From assembly GCF_013177435.1 (NCBI RefSeq), contig NZ_CP053627.1, positions 1,560,001-1,592,000 of the forward strand: a stretch of DNA of 32,000 nt, in the 5' to 3' direction. Under the pieces are notes generated by a model that saw only the letters and a list, made by a program, of their open reading frames with translations, did no database searches and had not been told where the DNA came from. This document shows, in pieces, positions 10,454 to 21,800 of this stretch. Positions within the stretch are counted from its first letter, which is position 1. Each line of letters opens with the position of its first letter. This stretch comes from Xylella taiwanensis (GTDB lineage: Bacteria; Pseudomonadota; Gammaproteobacteria; Xanthomonadales; Xanthomonadaceae). A program made the position numbers and the translations under genes.

Positions 10454-12118
10454 TGCAGCACTGTCTTCTGGCATCCCCCCAAACCATTGATCGTTGCATT
10501 GATGAGTCGAGCCCCATCTATGAAAAATCCACAGCGCAAGCGCCGTATAAGCGCAGCGCACCACATGCCAATCCACGCAGCCATGCATCGATTGAATTCC
10601 ACCACCAACAGCCCCTATGACAAAAACTCGTGAGCGCCGCCTCTGGATTTAAAGCAACAAAAGCGACAACACCTCAAATGACTTCATGCCCCTTTGAAGC
10701 GTGCCTTCGGCAATACCGCATCCTTGTCAAAGACAAAAAAGCACCTGTCATTTCCCAGGAACGATCCACTTGACAGCCAATGACATAGACATATTCAACA
10801 CCTGCAAGCGATATCCCTACTGAAATCCAAACGATAGTCCCACGGGAGATGACAACGCGATGTCACACAGGAGTTGCCGATTGACAAAACAATGACCGGA
10901 AAGATCTCTGATCCATTGAAGATGGAAAGATCGAAGATACCTGACACGTGACGGACGCACGCAACGATTAAGGCAACCAATCCCGCAATGCCTGAACATA
11001 GATCTGGAACTAACATGCCCGCTGCACACCGCAAAAACCGATGTAAAACATACGGTGCGCCGTAACTTGCGCCAATCAGTGTTTTGAAAAAATGCCCCAT
11101 CAATCGCCACAACGCGCCACAACGAAGATGCCAAGATGCATGAGCCGATACGGAGCTCTACAACAAGATCCCCATCGTTCAAATGCACCACAGCGTACGT
11201 AAACAACAAACACCGCAATGCGCTGACAATGCTGATGCTTCCCCACAAGGACAACACACGTTAAACCTTCAGTTGTGCATACAACACTCCGCTTTTGAAC
11301 GGATGCATACACAGGCGTATCGGTGGCTCCACACACAAGAGTGTCCCGTTGCTGGACAGCATTAGGAAAGCCAAACCCAGTCTCAGTTGCACAGCGTGCA
11401 GCAACACGTCTGGAGAGATCGAAAGTACTGTGTTGAGTACACCCTAATGCGCTATCCAAGGCGATTCCATTGCAATGATGCCAACTCAATCACCAGACAA
11501 AGCAATCTCCGCATCTCCCCTCCCATACCTGGACAGATTGAGAGCACACAAGATTCACCCTGGCAATACCACAACATAGCTCGATACAGATGTGCGCCAC
11601 TGTAACGTCAACACCTCATGACCAAGCAGCGAGATGAAGCACACGGTGATACAGCGCTGGCCTAACGTGCTGAGTAGACAAGGCATCGGTCGCTTGACCG
11701 GGTTAACTTTGTAAACATCCCAACATATTGGTAAACAAAAGCCGCTGGGATGATGCAAGCAATACAATCACTAAGAAGCAATCAGCACCGCCATCGGTTT
11801 CACAGACAATGACAGTGACCACCGCTTTTATCGAGATGATGCTCCAGAAGCGACTCCATATGCCCCAATCGACTCCCCTTCGCCGAGACTCCAGATCATC
11901 ACTCACATGATCAACCGTTGCGTTGGCATACAGAAAGACTTTGCAAGAAGGGCATAACGCTCATCACGTGACCCAGGTGGCTACATCAAGCGGAACGGCA
12001 GCACTGTAAAGATTGCCACGCCCTGCCGACATTCGCCGCAGCCCACTATGCTGCAACAATCGAAAGCGTAAAATCACTGCTCCTCTTTAACCTACACTCT
12101 GCCTCGGAGCGAACACGC

Positions 12119-12655
12119 ATGGGCCTGGAACTGGTCAACGCCGGCAACAACCTACCTGAAGAAATCAACGTCGTCATCGAGATCCCCAAGGACTCCGAGC
12201 CAGTCAAATACGAAGTAGACAAAGCGAGCGGTGCAATTTTCGTTGACCGCATTCTATCCACCCCGATGCGCTATCCCTGCAACTACGGTTACGTTCCTAA
12301 CACCCTGTGCGGCGACGGTGACCCCGTCGACGTGCTGGTGGTGCTGCCACTCCCGTTGGTACCCGGTTCGGTCGTGCGCTGCCGTCCGGTCGGCGTGCTG
12401 AACATGAAAGACGAAGCTGGAAATGATGAAAAACTGCTGGCGGTGCCGGTGAGCAAAATCTTTGCTGGCTACGCGCATATCGAGGACATCAACCAAGTCT
12501 CCGGTCACTGGCTGGAACGTATCGGCCATTTCTTTAATCATTACAAGGACTTGGAGAAAGGAAAATGGGTCAAGCTCGAGGGTTGGGACAACGCAATCGA
12601 AGCCAAACGGATCCTGACCGAGGCGGTACAACGGTACAGAGACAATATGCAGTAG
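12119..12655 (+). CDS. ppa: inorganic pyrophosphatase (family I)
   Basis: 178-aa ORF. EIPKDSEPVKYEVDK, NYGYVPNTLCGDGDPVDVLV and KLLAVP motifs are diagnostic of soluble family I PPase. Confidence 0.95.
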   Translation: MGLELVNAGNNLPEEINVVIEIPKDSEPVKYEVDKASGAIFVDRILSTPMRYPCNYGYVPNTLCGDGDPVDVLVVLPLPLVPGSVVRCRPVGVLNMKDEAGNDEKLLAVPVSKIFAGYAHIEDINQVSGHWLERIGHFFNHYKDLEKGKWVKLEGWDNAIEAKRILTEAVQRYRDNMQ

Positions 12656-14308
12656 GGCCCCGTACATACTCACCAGCCAGGCTCGAAAGCCCTTTCAAGG
12701 GATGCATTGCGTTTCAATCGTGATCTAGCACGGTGATAACGGTGTATGGAGGCAGGCAGGAACCACCTTCTTGGATCCGGTATGAATCCATCCGCATGTT
12801 TCCCTTGCGCCACTCAATCGGTTCAAGGGAAACGGCCGGGATGAGATCACTGCCACTACAGGCCGGGCCGGATAAAGAAGTCAGTACATCTAGTACGGTT
12901 GTGCAAAGCCAATCACACGCACGAGGAGACCACCAAGCTCACCGGGCTCAGCCCCACAGGGAACGGCAATATCCACAAACACTCAATCACTGCAAATCCA
13001 AAGAGTGATCCGACACATGCGAGGACAAGCACATCAGCAACAATCTCGTGTTCGTCTCACTTGTGGTCTATGCGCTCATCTGACGCCGCAGTGACTGATG
13101 ACCCAGCCAGCCATCCAGAAAATACTTGCCCAAACAAGCGCTGGATGTCCCTCTCACATCCGCGGGTGTGCTGATTGACAGTGTCATGCCCAAAGCACAC
13201 TGAATCTGTTGTTCCACCGTGATGCCGCGGCTCGTCGAGCATGCTCCGCTCATTGCAGCATTGAGACGTGATGGACGAACCAACCCAACAGACATGACCC
13301 CGCAGCGCAAACATGCAAGGTCACAACGATACGCCCATCCGTGAAACACGGGTGCACCATGCGAACAACACGTGCCACATGTACCAATCATCCGGACAGT
13401 ACCTCACCCCAGGTCAAGATGTGCAAGCAGATGGTTCATGGCAAGCACAGCACCGCAATCCTGCACCGCTGCGTACAGCGATAGCGGGCATAGCAACCCC
13501 TGAAGGACAGATAGCTGTGGGTACAGCTACAAGGCTTTGCTGGAAGCATAATAAAATGCACATCGCCGTCTTTTCTCTATCGGTGAATCAGCAAACACGT
13601 CTCACCGCAGGAGATGCACCACACTGGCTTGAAACAGCCGCTCACCCACCCACACGAAGCAACCCCTCGTTCACGCCACGACCAGCACTGCATGCAGCAT
13701 TCAGAGGCCAGCAAGCACTTCGAGAAAGATCCCAATGGGTATGCAGCGCGATACTCAATCCAATCATGGCGAGGCAATCACTCTCAATGCTGAGCCGTAG
13801 CAGCTGCACGCAAACAAGGGAAAACACGATGACACCCAAATCCATCTTCCAGAACGTTGGCCGCAAACCACCTGCATTCGAAACACCGTACAGTGCCTCA
13901 ACACTGACAGGTACCCCACCTTCGTTCAGTTCAAGGACAACAGCAACGACAACACTTTACTTTCGAGCAAAACGACCAACAATCCACACAAAAGTCCACT
14001 GATTCACCATCGGAATCCGATGCCTTCCAAAACACCTCATCGCTTCAGTCAAACAATGCCAGCATGACGGGTACTGCAGAGCCCCCCACGCAAGAAAAGC
14101 CATGTTGCTTCAATACATGTCCAAACTAATGAACGCTGCTATCAGCACCACGCTATAAACGCATCCACACCTGGGATTGAGCCGCGTCATTCTCACGCTT
14201 ACACGGCATCAATCTGAATGAAGCAGCCTGTGCCGCTTAACCACCAAGCACCCAAACATGGTGCCACGTTGCGATTTGTCGCACTGGCCGATGCTCGATC
14301 AATAGCAA

Positions 14309-15169
14309 TCAGAACAACAATGCCGACATCTTGCGGCGGTAACGGCCCACCAAATCTTTGTCTTCGATCACCTGAAACGCATCAATCAAAGCTTTGCGTG
14401 GCAACCCGTCGTTAAAGTCGCGATTCTGACGCAGTATCTCCAAGAAATGCTCCAGTGCCGCTTCGCTCTGCCCATCGAGCAATAACCGCACACCAAGCAA
14501 GTGACGCTTGTTCAGATCCGAAGCATCGACAGCAAACGCCGCCTGGAGTACATCCAGACTCGGTGCATCATTCAATACACCAGCAAAGCGAAGCCGCGCT
14601 TTGGCGCGTAACACTCGATCGTCTGTTGCCAGCTTCGCCGGCAACGCATCAATGAGTACCGTGGCCTCATCGATCTCATTCGTCTTTAGCAGCGCCAAGG
14701 CCAGATCGAGCTTGAGATCGTTATTGTCCGGCTTAGCCGCAAGTGCTTGACGCAACCGCGCGACCTCAGCCTGTGGATCCAGTGGAATGGCAGGCGACAC
14801 CTCTTCGGGTACTTCAGACTGAGCAGGAAAGATCCCGTGTTTAGCCAAAAACTCGCGCACCTGACCTTCAGGCTTCGCACCTGGAAAGCCATCGACCAAT
14901 TGCCCACCTTTGACCAGGTACACCGTCGGCACCGAACGGATCTGGAACGCGGCAGCCACTTGCTGTTCCTGATCCACATCGACCTTAGCCAGCTCGAATG
15001 CCCCATGATACTCGGCAGCCAGTTTCTCCAGAATTGGGCTCAAGGAGCGGCAGGGACCACACCAAGGGGCCCAAAAGTCGACCAGTACCGGGGTCCGCAA
15101 AGATTTCTTCAAGACTGCAGTCTCAAAAGCTGCGTCGGTCACGTCGAATACGTGGGGTTTGTCGGACAT
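14309..15169 (-). CDS. ybbN: thioredoxin-domain / TPR co-chaperone (YbbN/CnoX-like)
   Basis: 286-aa ORF. The N-terminal thioredoxin fold has an intact WAPWCGPC active site and is followed by a TPR-like helical C-terminal half. Length and architecture match YbbN-type proteins. Confidence 0.9.
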   Translation of the reverse strand: MSDKPHVFDVTDAAFETAVLKKSLRTPVLVDFWAPWCGPCRSLSPILEKLAAEYHGAFELAKVDVDQEQQVAAAFQIRSVPTVYLVKGGQLVDGFPGAKPEGQVREFLAKHGIFPAQSEVPEEVSPAIPLDPQAEVARLRQALAAKPDNNDLKLDLALALLKTNEIDEATVLIDALPAKLATDDRVLRAKARLRFAGVLNDAPSLDVLQAAFAVDASDLNKRHLLGVRLLLDGQSEAALEHFLEILRQNRDFNDGLPRKALIDAFQVIEDKDLVGRYRRKMSALLF

Positions 15170-15344
15170 GTCAAGGACTCTTCGATCAATGATGATTGCT
15201 CATTAAATGGTGACACACCAGAGCGATACAAGGTGAGGGGTTCACCTGATGAAGGGCAAGCATGACAATGCAGTTTAGGGGCGCGCCTGGACACAGGCCA
15301 CCTTCCAGACCCAATAGTGGACGCCAGAAACAAAGGAAACAGCA

Positions 15345-15950
15345 ATGCATATCGAAAAGATCTGGCGGAGTGCAGGAGCGATGGCAGCCATCATGTTCGC
15401 TGCATCGGTCACCGGCTTCGCGCTCACGTTGCCAGGGTACCGACACATGCTGCATCCCGTGGCCCTGCTCGGCGCGCAAGGCATGCCCCACGCCGGCTTG
15501 TTCAACGTATTCGGATTTTTGGTCCCTGGTTTGCTGGCAGCGACACTGGCCACCTGTCTGATGACACGCTCCCTCCAACATACCAGCTGGTCGTTGCGCA
15601 TCGGCATGCAACTGGTAATGCTCTCAGGATTCGCGTTCGCTGCGATGGGATTGCTGCCACTGGATATGAACGAACTGGAGGGGCGCGCCACCCAGTACCA
15701 CGCCTCTGTATGGCTACTGTGGGTGATCGCCTTTTCTGCGGCCACACTTCTCCTTGCTGTTGCACTGTTGCCTCGACCAGGCATGACAGCACTGGCGTGG
15801 GCCACGTGCATCGCTGGGTTGATCGTCGCAGCGAGTTCATTCGGGCCTGCCGAACGATTGCATCCTGCCTTCGCACAACGGATCGGTTTTTCCACGTGGC
15901 TCCTCTGGTTAATGCTGGCTGGCTGGCGTTGGCCCGCCGTGCCGCCCTGA
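15345..15950 (+). CDS. integral membrane protein (DUF998-like)
   Basis: 201-aa ORF with about 6 hydrophobic helices, ATG start, divergent from ybbN. The family assignment is from memory of DUF998-type sequences and is tentative. Long ORFs in other frames and on the other strand overlap it in this GC-rich stretch. Confidence 0.65.
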   Translation: MHIEKIWRSAGAMAAIMFAASVTGFALTLPGYRHMLHPVALLGAQGMPHAGLFNVFGFLVPGLLAATLATCLMTRSLQHTSWSLRIGMQLVMLSGFAFAAMGLLPLDMNELEGRATQYHASVWLLWVIAFSAATLLLAVALLPRPGMTALAWATCIAGLIVAASSFGPAERLHPAFAQRIGFSTWLLWLMLAGWRWPAVPP

Positions 15951-16033
15951 CTTGCCGCGCCAATCAAATATGGAGCCATCTGCCGCGCTGCGGTACGCTG
16001 TTCTGCTTTGCGCTGTTCCACATATCCGCTCTC

Positions 16034-18673
16034 ATGTCCACCGAAGCCAACACCTACGACCCACAACAGATCGAATCCGCTGCACAGCATTATTGGGACT
16101 CCACACGCGCCTTTGAAGTCAACGAGCATTCTGACAAGCCCAAGTACTACTGCCTGTCGATGCTGCCGTATCCATCCGGCGCGTTGCACATGGGGCATGT
16201 GCGCAACTACACGATCGGGGACGTCATCAGCCGCTACAAGCGTATGACCGGCCACAACGTGCTGCAGCCGATGGGCTGGGATGCGTTTGGCCTGCCGGCC
16301 GAGAACGCAGCCATCAAAAACAAGGTCGCTCCAGCTCAATGGACCTATAAAAACATCGAACACATGCGTACCCAGCTCAAGTCTCTGGGCTACGCGATCG
16401 ACTGGTCGCGGGAGTTCACCACCTGCCAACCCCACTATTACGTACACGAACAGCAGATGTTTACCCGGCTGATGCGCAAAGGTCTAGCCTACCGTCGTCA
16501 TGCGCTCGTGAACTGGGATCCGGTGGATCAAACTGTATTAGCCAATGAGCAGGTCATTGATGGACGTGGCTGGCGTTCCGGAGCACGGGTGGAGAAACGT
16601 GAAATTCCACAATGGTTCCTGCGTATCACCGACTATGCTCAGGAACTGCTAGATGATCTGAACACACTGGATGGCTGGCCGGAACCGGTCAAAACTATGC
16701 AACGCAACTGGATCGGCCGTTCTGAGGGTCTGGAGATCCAATTCGAAGTACGCGATCCCGATAACAATGCGTTGGAAGCACTCCGCGTGTTCACGACACG
16801 CCCAGACACACTGCTTGGCGTCACCTTCGTCTCGATCGCTGCTGAACACCCACTCGCCCTGCATGCGGCGAAATCTAAGCCTGAATTGGCCACGCTGCTA
16901 GCTGAGATGAAGCAAGGTGGTCTCTCCGAAGTCGAGCTGAAAACCCAAGAAAAACGTGGCATGGACACCGGTCTGAAGGCGATCCATCCGATTACCAGCG
17001 AGCCATTACCCGTGTGGGTAGCCAATTTCGTGCTCATGGCTTACGGCACCGGCGCGGTGATGGGTGTGCCTGGCCACGACCAGCGTGACCAGGAATTTGC
17101 GAATAAGTACGGCTTACCGATCCACCAAGTGATCGCGCTCAAGGCACCCAAAAACCACGATGAGCGCACCTGGGAACCAAATGTCTGGCGTGATTGGTAC
17201 GGTGATAAGACTCGCGAATTTGAGCTGGTCAACTCAGCCGAGTTCGATGGACTGGACTACCAGAGCGCATTCGAGGTGCTGGCTGAGCGTTTCGAACGTC
17301 AAGGACGTGGTCAGCGCCGAGTGAACTACCGCCTGCGCGACTGGGGTGTGAGCCGCCAGCGCTACTGGGGTTGTCCGATTCCAGTCATTTACTGCTCCAC
17401 ATGCGGCGCGGTACCTGTACCGGAAGACCAACTGCCGGTCATCCTGCCAGAAAATGTCGCATTCAGCAGTACTGGCTCACCGCTCAAAACGGATCCGGAA
17501 TGGCGCAAAACGACCTGCCCGGAATGCGGCGGCCCTGCTGAGCGTGAGACAGATACTTTCGACACCTTCATGGAATCGAGCTGGTATTACGCGCGCTACA
17601 CCTCTCCAGAGGCACGAGAGATGGTCGACAAGCGGGCCAACTACTGGCTGCCGGTAGACCAATACATTGGTGGCATCGAACACGCGATCCTGCACCTGAT
17701 GTACTTCCGCTTCTACCACAAGCTCATGCGCGATGCGCGGCTGGTCGACAGCAACGAACCAGCGATCAACCTGCTTACACAAGGCATGGTGATCGCCGAG
17801 ACCTTTTACCGACAAAACCCGGATGGTTCCAAAGATTGGATCAACCCAACCGATGTCAATGTGGAACGCGACGAGCGCGGCCGCATCACCGGCGCGATCC
17901 TCATCAGCGATGGCAAGCCCGTCATGATCGGCGCGACTGAAAAGATGTCGAAATCCAAAAACAATGGTGTGGATCCACAAGCGATGGTGAGCAAATATGG
18001 CGCAGACACCGTGCGCCTGTTCTCGATGTTCGCTGCACCACCAGAACAATCGTTGGAATGGAACGAAGCCGGAGTAGAAGGCATGGCGCGCTTCCTGCGT
18101 CGGTTGTGGGCCCAGGTGCATCACCACGCCGCTCATGGTCCGCCCACAGCCCTAGATATCACGACACTGGACGCCGCACAGAAGGCCATACGATGCAAGA
18201 CCCACGAGACTATCGCGCGCGTCGCGGACGATTACAGCCGCCGTCGCAGCTTCAATACCGCGATTGCCGCGATCATGGAGCTGTCCAACACATTAGCCAG
18301 GTTCGATGACACCAACACACAGAGCCACGCTGTACGTCAAGAAGCACTTGAGACAATGGTGTTGCTGCTCAATCCGATCACTCCACACACCAGCCACGCA
18401 CTGTGGCAGACCCTGGGTCACCCCGAAACGCTACTGGAAGATCAGCCATTCCCTAAGGTCGATAGCACTGCACTGGTGCGCGAGGCAGTCACCCTGGCTG
18501 TACAAGTCAACGGCAAGCTGCGTGGGACGATTGAGGTTGCCGCCGACGCAGCGCGCGAGAATATCGAAACCAACGCACGGGACGAGCCGAACACCGCCAA
18601 ATTTCTGCAGGGACTGACGGTACTTAAAATCATCATTGTCCCAGGCAAAATAGTGAACATTGTTACTAGCTGA
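16034..18673 (+). CDS. leuS: leucine--tRNA ligase
   Basis: HIGH-type motif ([15 protein letters not shown]) and KMSKS motif ([10 protein letters not shown]). The ORF-track frame is open from 15317, but homology begins at [14 protein letters not shown] (ATG 16034), giving 879 aa as expected for bacterial LeuRS. Confidence 0.95.
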   Translation: MSTEANTYDPQQIESAAQHYWDSTRAFEVNEHSDKPKYYCLSMLPYPSGALHMGHVRNYTIGDVISRYKRMTGHNVLQPMGWDAFGLPAENAAIKNKVAPAQWTYKNIEHMRTQLKSLGYAIDWSREFTTCQPHYYVHEQQMFTRLMRKGLAYRRHALVNWDPVDQTVLANEQVIDGRGWRSGARVEKREIPQWFLRITDYAQELLDDLNTLDGWPEPVKTMQRNWIGRSEGLEIQFEVRDPDNNALEALRVFTTRPDTLLGVTFVSIAAEHPLALHAAKSKPELATLLAEMKQGGLSEVELKTQEKRGMDTGLKAIHPITSEPLPVWVANFVLMAYGTGAVMGVPGHDQRDQEFANKYGLPIHQVIALKAPKNHDERTWEPNVWRDWYGDKTREFELVNSAEFDGLDYQSAFEVLAERFERQGRGQRRVNYRLRDWGVSRQRYWGCPIPVIYCSTCGAVPVPEDQLPVILPENVAFSSTGSPLKTDPEWRKTTCPECGGPAERETDTFDTFMESSWYYARYTSPEAREMVDKRANYWLPVDQYIGGIEHAILHLMYFRFYHKLMRDARLVDSNEPAINLLTQGMVIAETFYRQNPDGSKDWINPTDVNVERDERGRITGAILISDGKPVMIGATEKMSKSKNNGVDPQAMVSKYGADTVRLFSMFAAPPEQSLEWNEAGVEGMARFLRRLWAQVHHHAAHGPPTALDITTLDAAQKAIRCKTHETIARVADDYSRRRSFNTAIAAIMELSNTLARFDDTNTQSHAVRQEALETMVLLLNPITPHTSHALWQTLGHPETLLEDQPFPKVDSTALVREAVTLAVQVNGKLRGTIEVAADAARENIETNARDEPNTAKFLQGLTVLKIIIVPGKIVNIVTS

Positions 18674-18762
18674 ACCGATGGCATCTTAAGCACCGTTCAC
18701 GCCGAATGCAGGAAGCTAGCTATCTGTTCCCATATCGGCGTCTCCTCCAAGAGGGTCTCTCA

Positions 18763-19365
18763 ATGATCAAATTTCTTACTACTCTGGCTGCCGCCGCTCT
18801 GATCACTGGGCTAACTGGCTGTGACTTCCACCTGCGTAACAAGCTGAACCTGCCTCCCAGCCTACCCCAGCCCCCCAACCTGAATCTTCCCCCTAATGTG
18901 CCAGCGTTATTGATCCAGTCCAGTATCAAGTACAGCGAATTGGAAAAGTTCGTGCGGCGCGGCCTACATGCTTCAGGCGTCACCGTAGTTGAAGATCCAA
19001 CCACCAGCGGCGTGGCACAGCTGAAGATCCTGTCCGAACGCTGGGGCGATTTACCCACCGCGATCGACATCCAGGGGCGCGCACAAGAGTACAGTCTGCG
19101 CTACGCAGCCATCTTCACTCTGGTCGCTGCTAATGGGGAGGTGATCGTGCCACAACAAGTCATCGAATTGTCCCGTGATTACCTATCTCCTCCGGTCGAT
19201 GCAACAGGAACCACCACTGAACGCGAGATTTTGGCTAACGAGCTACGCCGTGATATGTCAGCCTCAATCCTACGCCGTATCGACAGTGTCGTACGTTCGC
19301 GTCTTGAAAAGAGCGAACTGTTGGAGCAAGCAAAACCGCCCTCGTCTGCGACGTCCGGTGCCTGA
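18763..19365 (+). CDS. lptE: LPS-assembly lipoprotein LptE (RlpB)
   Basis: Signal peptide plus lipobox MIKFLTTLAAAALITGLTG|C starting at the internal ATG 18763. About 200 aa, in the conserved position between leuS and holA. Confidence 0.85.
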   Translation: MIKFLTTLAAAALITGLTGCDFHLRNKLNLPPSLPQPPNLNLPPNVPALLIQSSIKYSELEKFVRRGLHASGVTVVEDPTTSGVAQLKILSERWGDLPTAIDIQGRAQEYSLRYAAIFTLVAANGEVIVPQQVIELSRDYLSPPVDATGTTTEREILANELRRDMSASILRRIDSVVRSRLEKSELLEQAKPPSSATSGA

Positions 19366-19375
19366 TCGAGACATC

Positions 19376-20407
19376 ATGGAACTTCGTCCAGAGCAGCTCG
19401 CCAACCTGCCGGCCAACCAACCGTTACAGCCAGCCTACCTGATCGCCGGCCCCGAAACGCTGCGCTTAGTAGAAGCTGTCGATGCGATACGTGCGCGGGC
19501 ACGTACTGACGGCATCACCGAACGTGAAGTATTTGACGCCGAGAATCGCGATTTCGACTGGCAGCAACTTGCATCCAGCTTCAACGCCCCAAGTCTGTTC
19601 AGTTCCCGTCGCTTGATCGAAATACACCTGCCAGGCGGCAAGCCTGGTAAGGAAGGCAGTGAAGTCATCAGAGCCTTCTGTGCGGCCCCGCCGCCAGACG
19701 TTGTGTTACTGATCATCTGCAACGAATGGAATAAAACACACCATGGTAAGTGGACCGATGCAATCGCACGCATCGGTAAAATCGCAATCGCCTGGACCAT
19801 CAAGCCTCACGAACTACCCGACTGGATTACACGCCGCCTGCATAGCAAAGGGCTACGCGCCACTGCGGATGTGGTGCAACAGTTAAGCACACGCCTGGAG
19901 GGCAATCTGCTCGCCGCCGCCCAGGAGATTGACAAATTGGCACTGTTAACCCAAGGCCCTCTCCTCGACCTGGAGACCATGGAATCCTGCGTTGCCGACA
20001 CAGCCCGTTATGACGTATTCCGACTTGCCGAAGCGATGCTGTCTGGCCAACCAGCTGCAGCGGTACGCATGCTCGCCAAGCTACGTGCTGAAGGCGAAAC
20101 GGTTGCAGCACTGCTGCCCATTCTGATCAAAGAACTGATCCGTGTTACTACGCTGGCATGGGTCCAGAATAGCAGCGGTAATTTAGCCGCAGAAATGAAA
20201 GCACAAGGCATCTGGGAGACACGTCAAGCACCGTTCAAGCGTGCGTTGCAGCGTCATCCCTCAGCATACCGTTGGGAGCACTTCGTTGCCGAAGCCGGGC
20301 GCATCGACCGCATCGCCAAAGGACGCAGTGACGGCAATGCGTGGCTGGCGCTGGAACGGCTGCTGGTCGCAGTGGCAGAAGCAGGTGCAGCGCGTCTGCT
20401 AGCATAA
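19376..20407 (+). CDS. holA: DNA polymerase III subunit delta
   Basis: 343 aa from ATG 19376 (MELRPEQLANL...AYLIAGPETLRLVEAVDAIR), 11 nt after the lptE stop. The ORF-track extension to 19175 overlaps lptE and is not homologous. Conserved leuS-lptE-holA synteny. Confidence 0.88.
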   Translation: MELRPEQLANLPANQPLQPAYLIAGPETLRLVEAVDAIRARARTDGITEREVFDAENRDFDWQQLASSFNAPSLFSSRRLIEIHLPGGKPGKEGSEVIRAFCAAPPPDVVLLIICNEWNKTHHGKWTDAIARIGKIAIAWTIKPHELPDWITRRLHSKGLRATADVVQQLSTRLEGNLLAAAQEIDKLALLTQGPLLDLETMESCVADTARYDVFRLAEAMLSGQPAAAVRMLAKLRAEGETVAALLPILIKELIRVTTLAWVQNSSGNLAAEMKAQGIWETRQAPFKRALQRHPSAYRWEHFVAEAGRIDRIAKGRSDGNAWLALERLLVAVAEAGAARLLA

Positions 20408-20435
20408 CGGCCCCGTCCTGGAGACAAATGATGCT

Positions 20436-21104
20436 ATGTCCAGCATGCACGTGTTTTATGGCGGAACTTTTGATCCCGTGCATACCGGCCACTTAACCAT
20501 CGCGCGCGCAGCACGTGCAGCACTGGGAGCACCCGTAGCGCTGCTCCCATCCGCTGATCCGCCACATCGTCCGACACCCAGCGCATCAAGCATAGATCGC
20601 TTACGCATGTTGTGCTTAGCGGTCTCCGACGAACCAGGTTTGTCGGTGGATCCGCGTGAGTTGCAACGCGCGGCGCGGCAGACGCAGCCGTCCTACACCG
20701 TCGACACCTTGACCGAAGTACGCAGTGAACTCGGCCCCAAAACATCGATCATCTGGCTGCTGGGTGCTGACGCCTTCCTCAACCTGAGCAACTGGCAACG
20801 TTGGCAAACATTACCGGAACTCGCTCATCTGGTCGTCGCCAACCGACCAGGCGTCACACTACAAGCACCACTGCCGCCCAAGATGGCTGCCATCTTCAAT
20901 GATCGCTGGGTCCAAGATCCTGCAACACTTCGCAGCACTGCGAACGGGCGTGTCTGGTTATTGAACCAACACCCGACCCCAAGCTCAGCAAGCAACGTGC
21001 GTGCCGCCATCGCTGCCGCCACCGACTGGGAGGCCGACCTCATACCAGCAGTTGCAGAATACATCCGCACCCATGGCCTATACGGCATCCATGACATCAA
21101 TTAA
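20436..21104 (+). CDS. nadD: nicotinate-nucleotide adenylyltransferase
   Basis: 222-aa ORF with the nucleotidyltransferase motif GGTFDPVHTGH near the N-terminus, in the conserved position after holA. Confidence 0.9.
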   Translation: MSSMHVFYGGTFDPVHTGHLTIARAARAALGAPVALLPSADPPHRPTPSASSIDRLRMLCLAVSDEPGLSVDPRELQRAARQTQPSYTVDTLTEVRSELGPKTSIIWLLGADAFLNLSNWQRWQTLPELAHLVVANRPGVTLQAPLPPKMAAIFNDRWVQDPATLRSTANGRVWLLNQHPTPSSASNVRAAIAAATDWEADLIPAVAEYIRTHGLYGIHDIN

Positions 21105-21156
21105 CCACCACGTTATCTATAATCCCCCCTCACCAACGTTCGCCTGAGTCCTCACG

Positions 21157-21558
21157 TTGACCAATCAAGCGCATCTCATCAAAACCACCATACCCACACC
21201 ACCGCCATCGCTACCGATGCTGCTGTCGACCGTCTGCGAGGCCGTTGAAACACTCAAAGCCAAAGACATCGTAAAGATCGACGTACGTGGCAAATCCAGC
21301 GTCGCAGACTACTTGGTGATCGCTTCAGGCACCTCCACACGCCACGTGAAATCGATTGCTGAGGAGGTGGTCAAGTTTGTCAAGCGCCTGGACATCATGC
21401 CGTTGGGTGTGGAAGGCAAGCGCGAAGCTGAATGGGTATTGATCGATCTTGGTGACGTGATCGTCCATGTGATGCTACCGCGCATACGCGAGTTCTATGC
21501 ATTAGAACGGCTATGGATCGTCGCTGACCAACTGACATCAAGCGACAACGCAAACTGA
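21157..21558 (+). CDS. rsfS: ribosome silencing factor RsfS (YbeB/iojap family)
   Basis: Core KAKDIVKIDVRGKSSVADYLVIASGTSTRHVKSIAEEV...WVLIDLGDVIVHVMLPRIREFYALERLW is typical of RsfS. The TTG at 21157 is the longest start; an internal ATG (MLLSTV) is an alternative. Confidence 0.88.
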   Translation: MTNQAHLIKTTIPTPPPSLPMLLSTVCEAVETLKAKDIVKIDVRGKSSVADYLVIASGTSTRHVKSIAEEVVKFVKRLDIMPLGVEGKREAEWVLIDLGDVIVHVMLPRIREFYALERLWIVADQLTSSDNAN

Positions 21559-21800
21559 GCAGCCACCACACGTGCACAGCACCAGCTGCCGCCATGCCTA
21601 TAAGATTCGCAGCACCTGTTGAATTCACAGGTGATCCAATCACTCAGACGGCCACGCCGCTCGAGCCATGGATTATGCATTGCACTTATAAACACCAATC
21701 ACCTGGAATGGGGATCCGCATTCGTATTGTTCCCTCAGCGTGAATCCAGAGCGCATTACTTTAGATACATGCCCTCGTCTGCCTTAGGATCGACATCCGA

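Noticed and set aside
13313-14002. 229-aa plus-strand ORF in the gap between ppa and ybbN
   Set aside because: It is a low-complexity Thr/Pro/His/Gln-rich product with no RBS. Its length is explained by stop-codon depletion on a T- and G-poor strand.
15317-16033. 239-codon N-terminal extension of the leuS reading frame in the ORF track
   Set aside because: The extension is Arg/His/Cys-rich and overlaps the DUF998-like gene in another frame. LeuRS homology starts only at [12 protein letters not shown] (16034).
15275-16447. 390-aa minus-strand ORF spanning the DUF998-like gene and the leuS start
   Set aside because: It is antisense to two better-supported plus-strand genes in GC-rich DNA. The translation is Arg/Ala/Gly-rich with no recognisable domain, which is typical of a shadow ORF.
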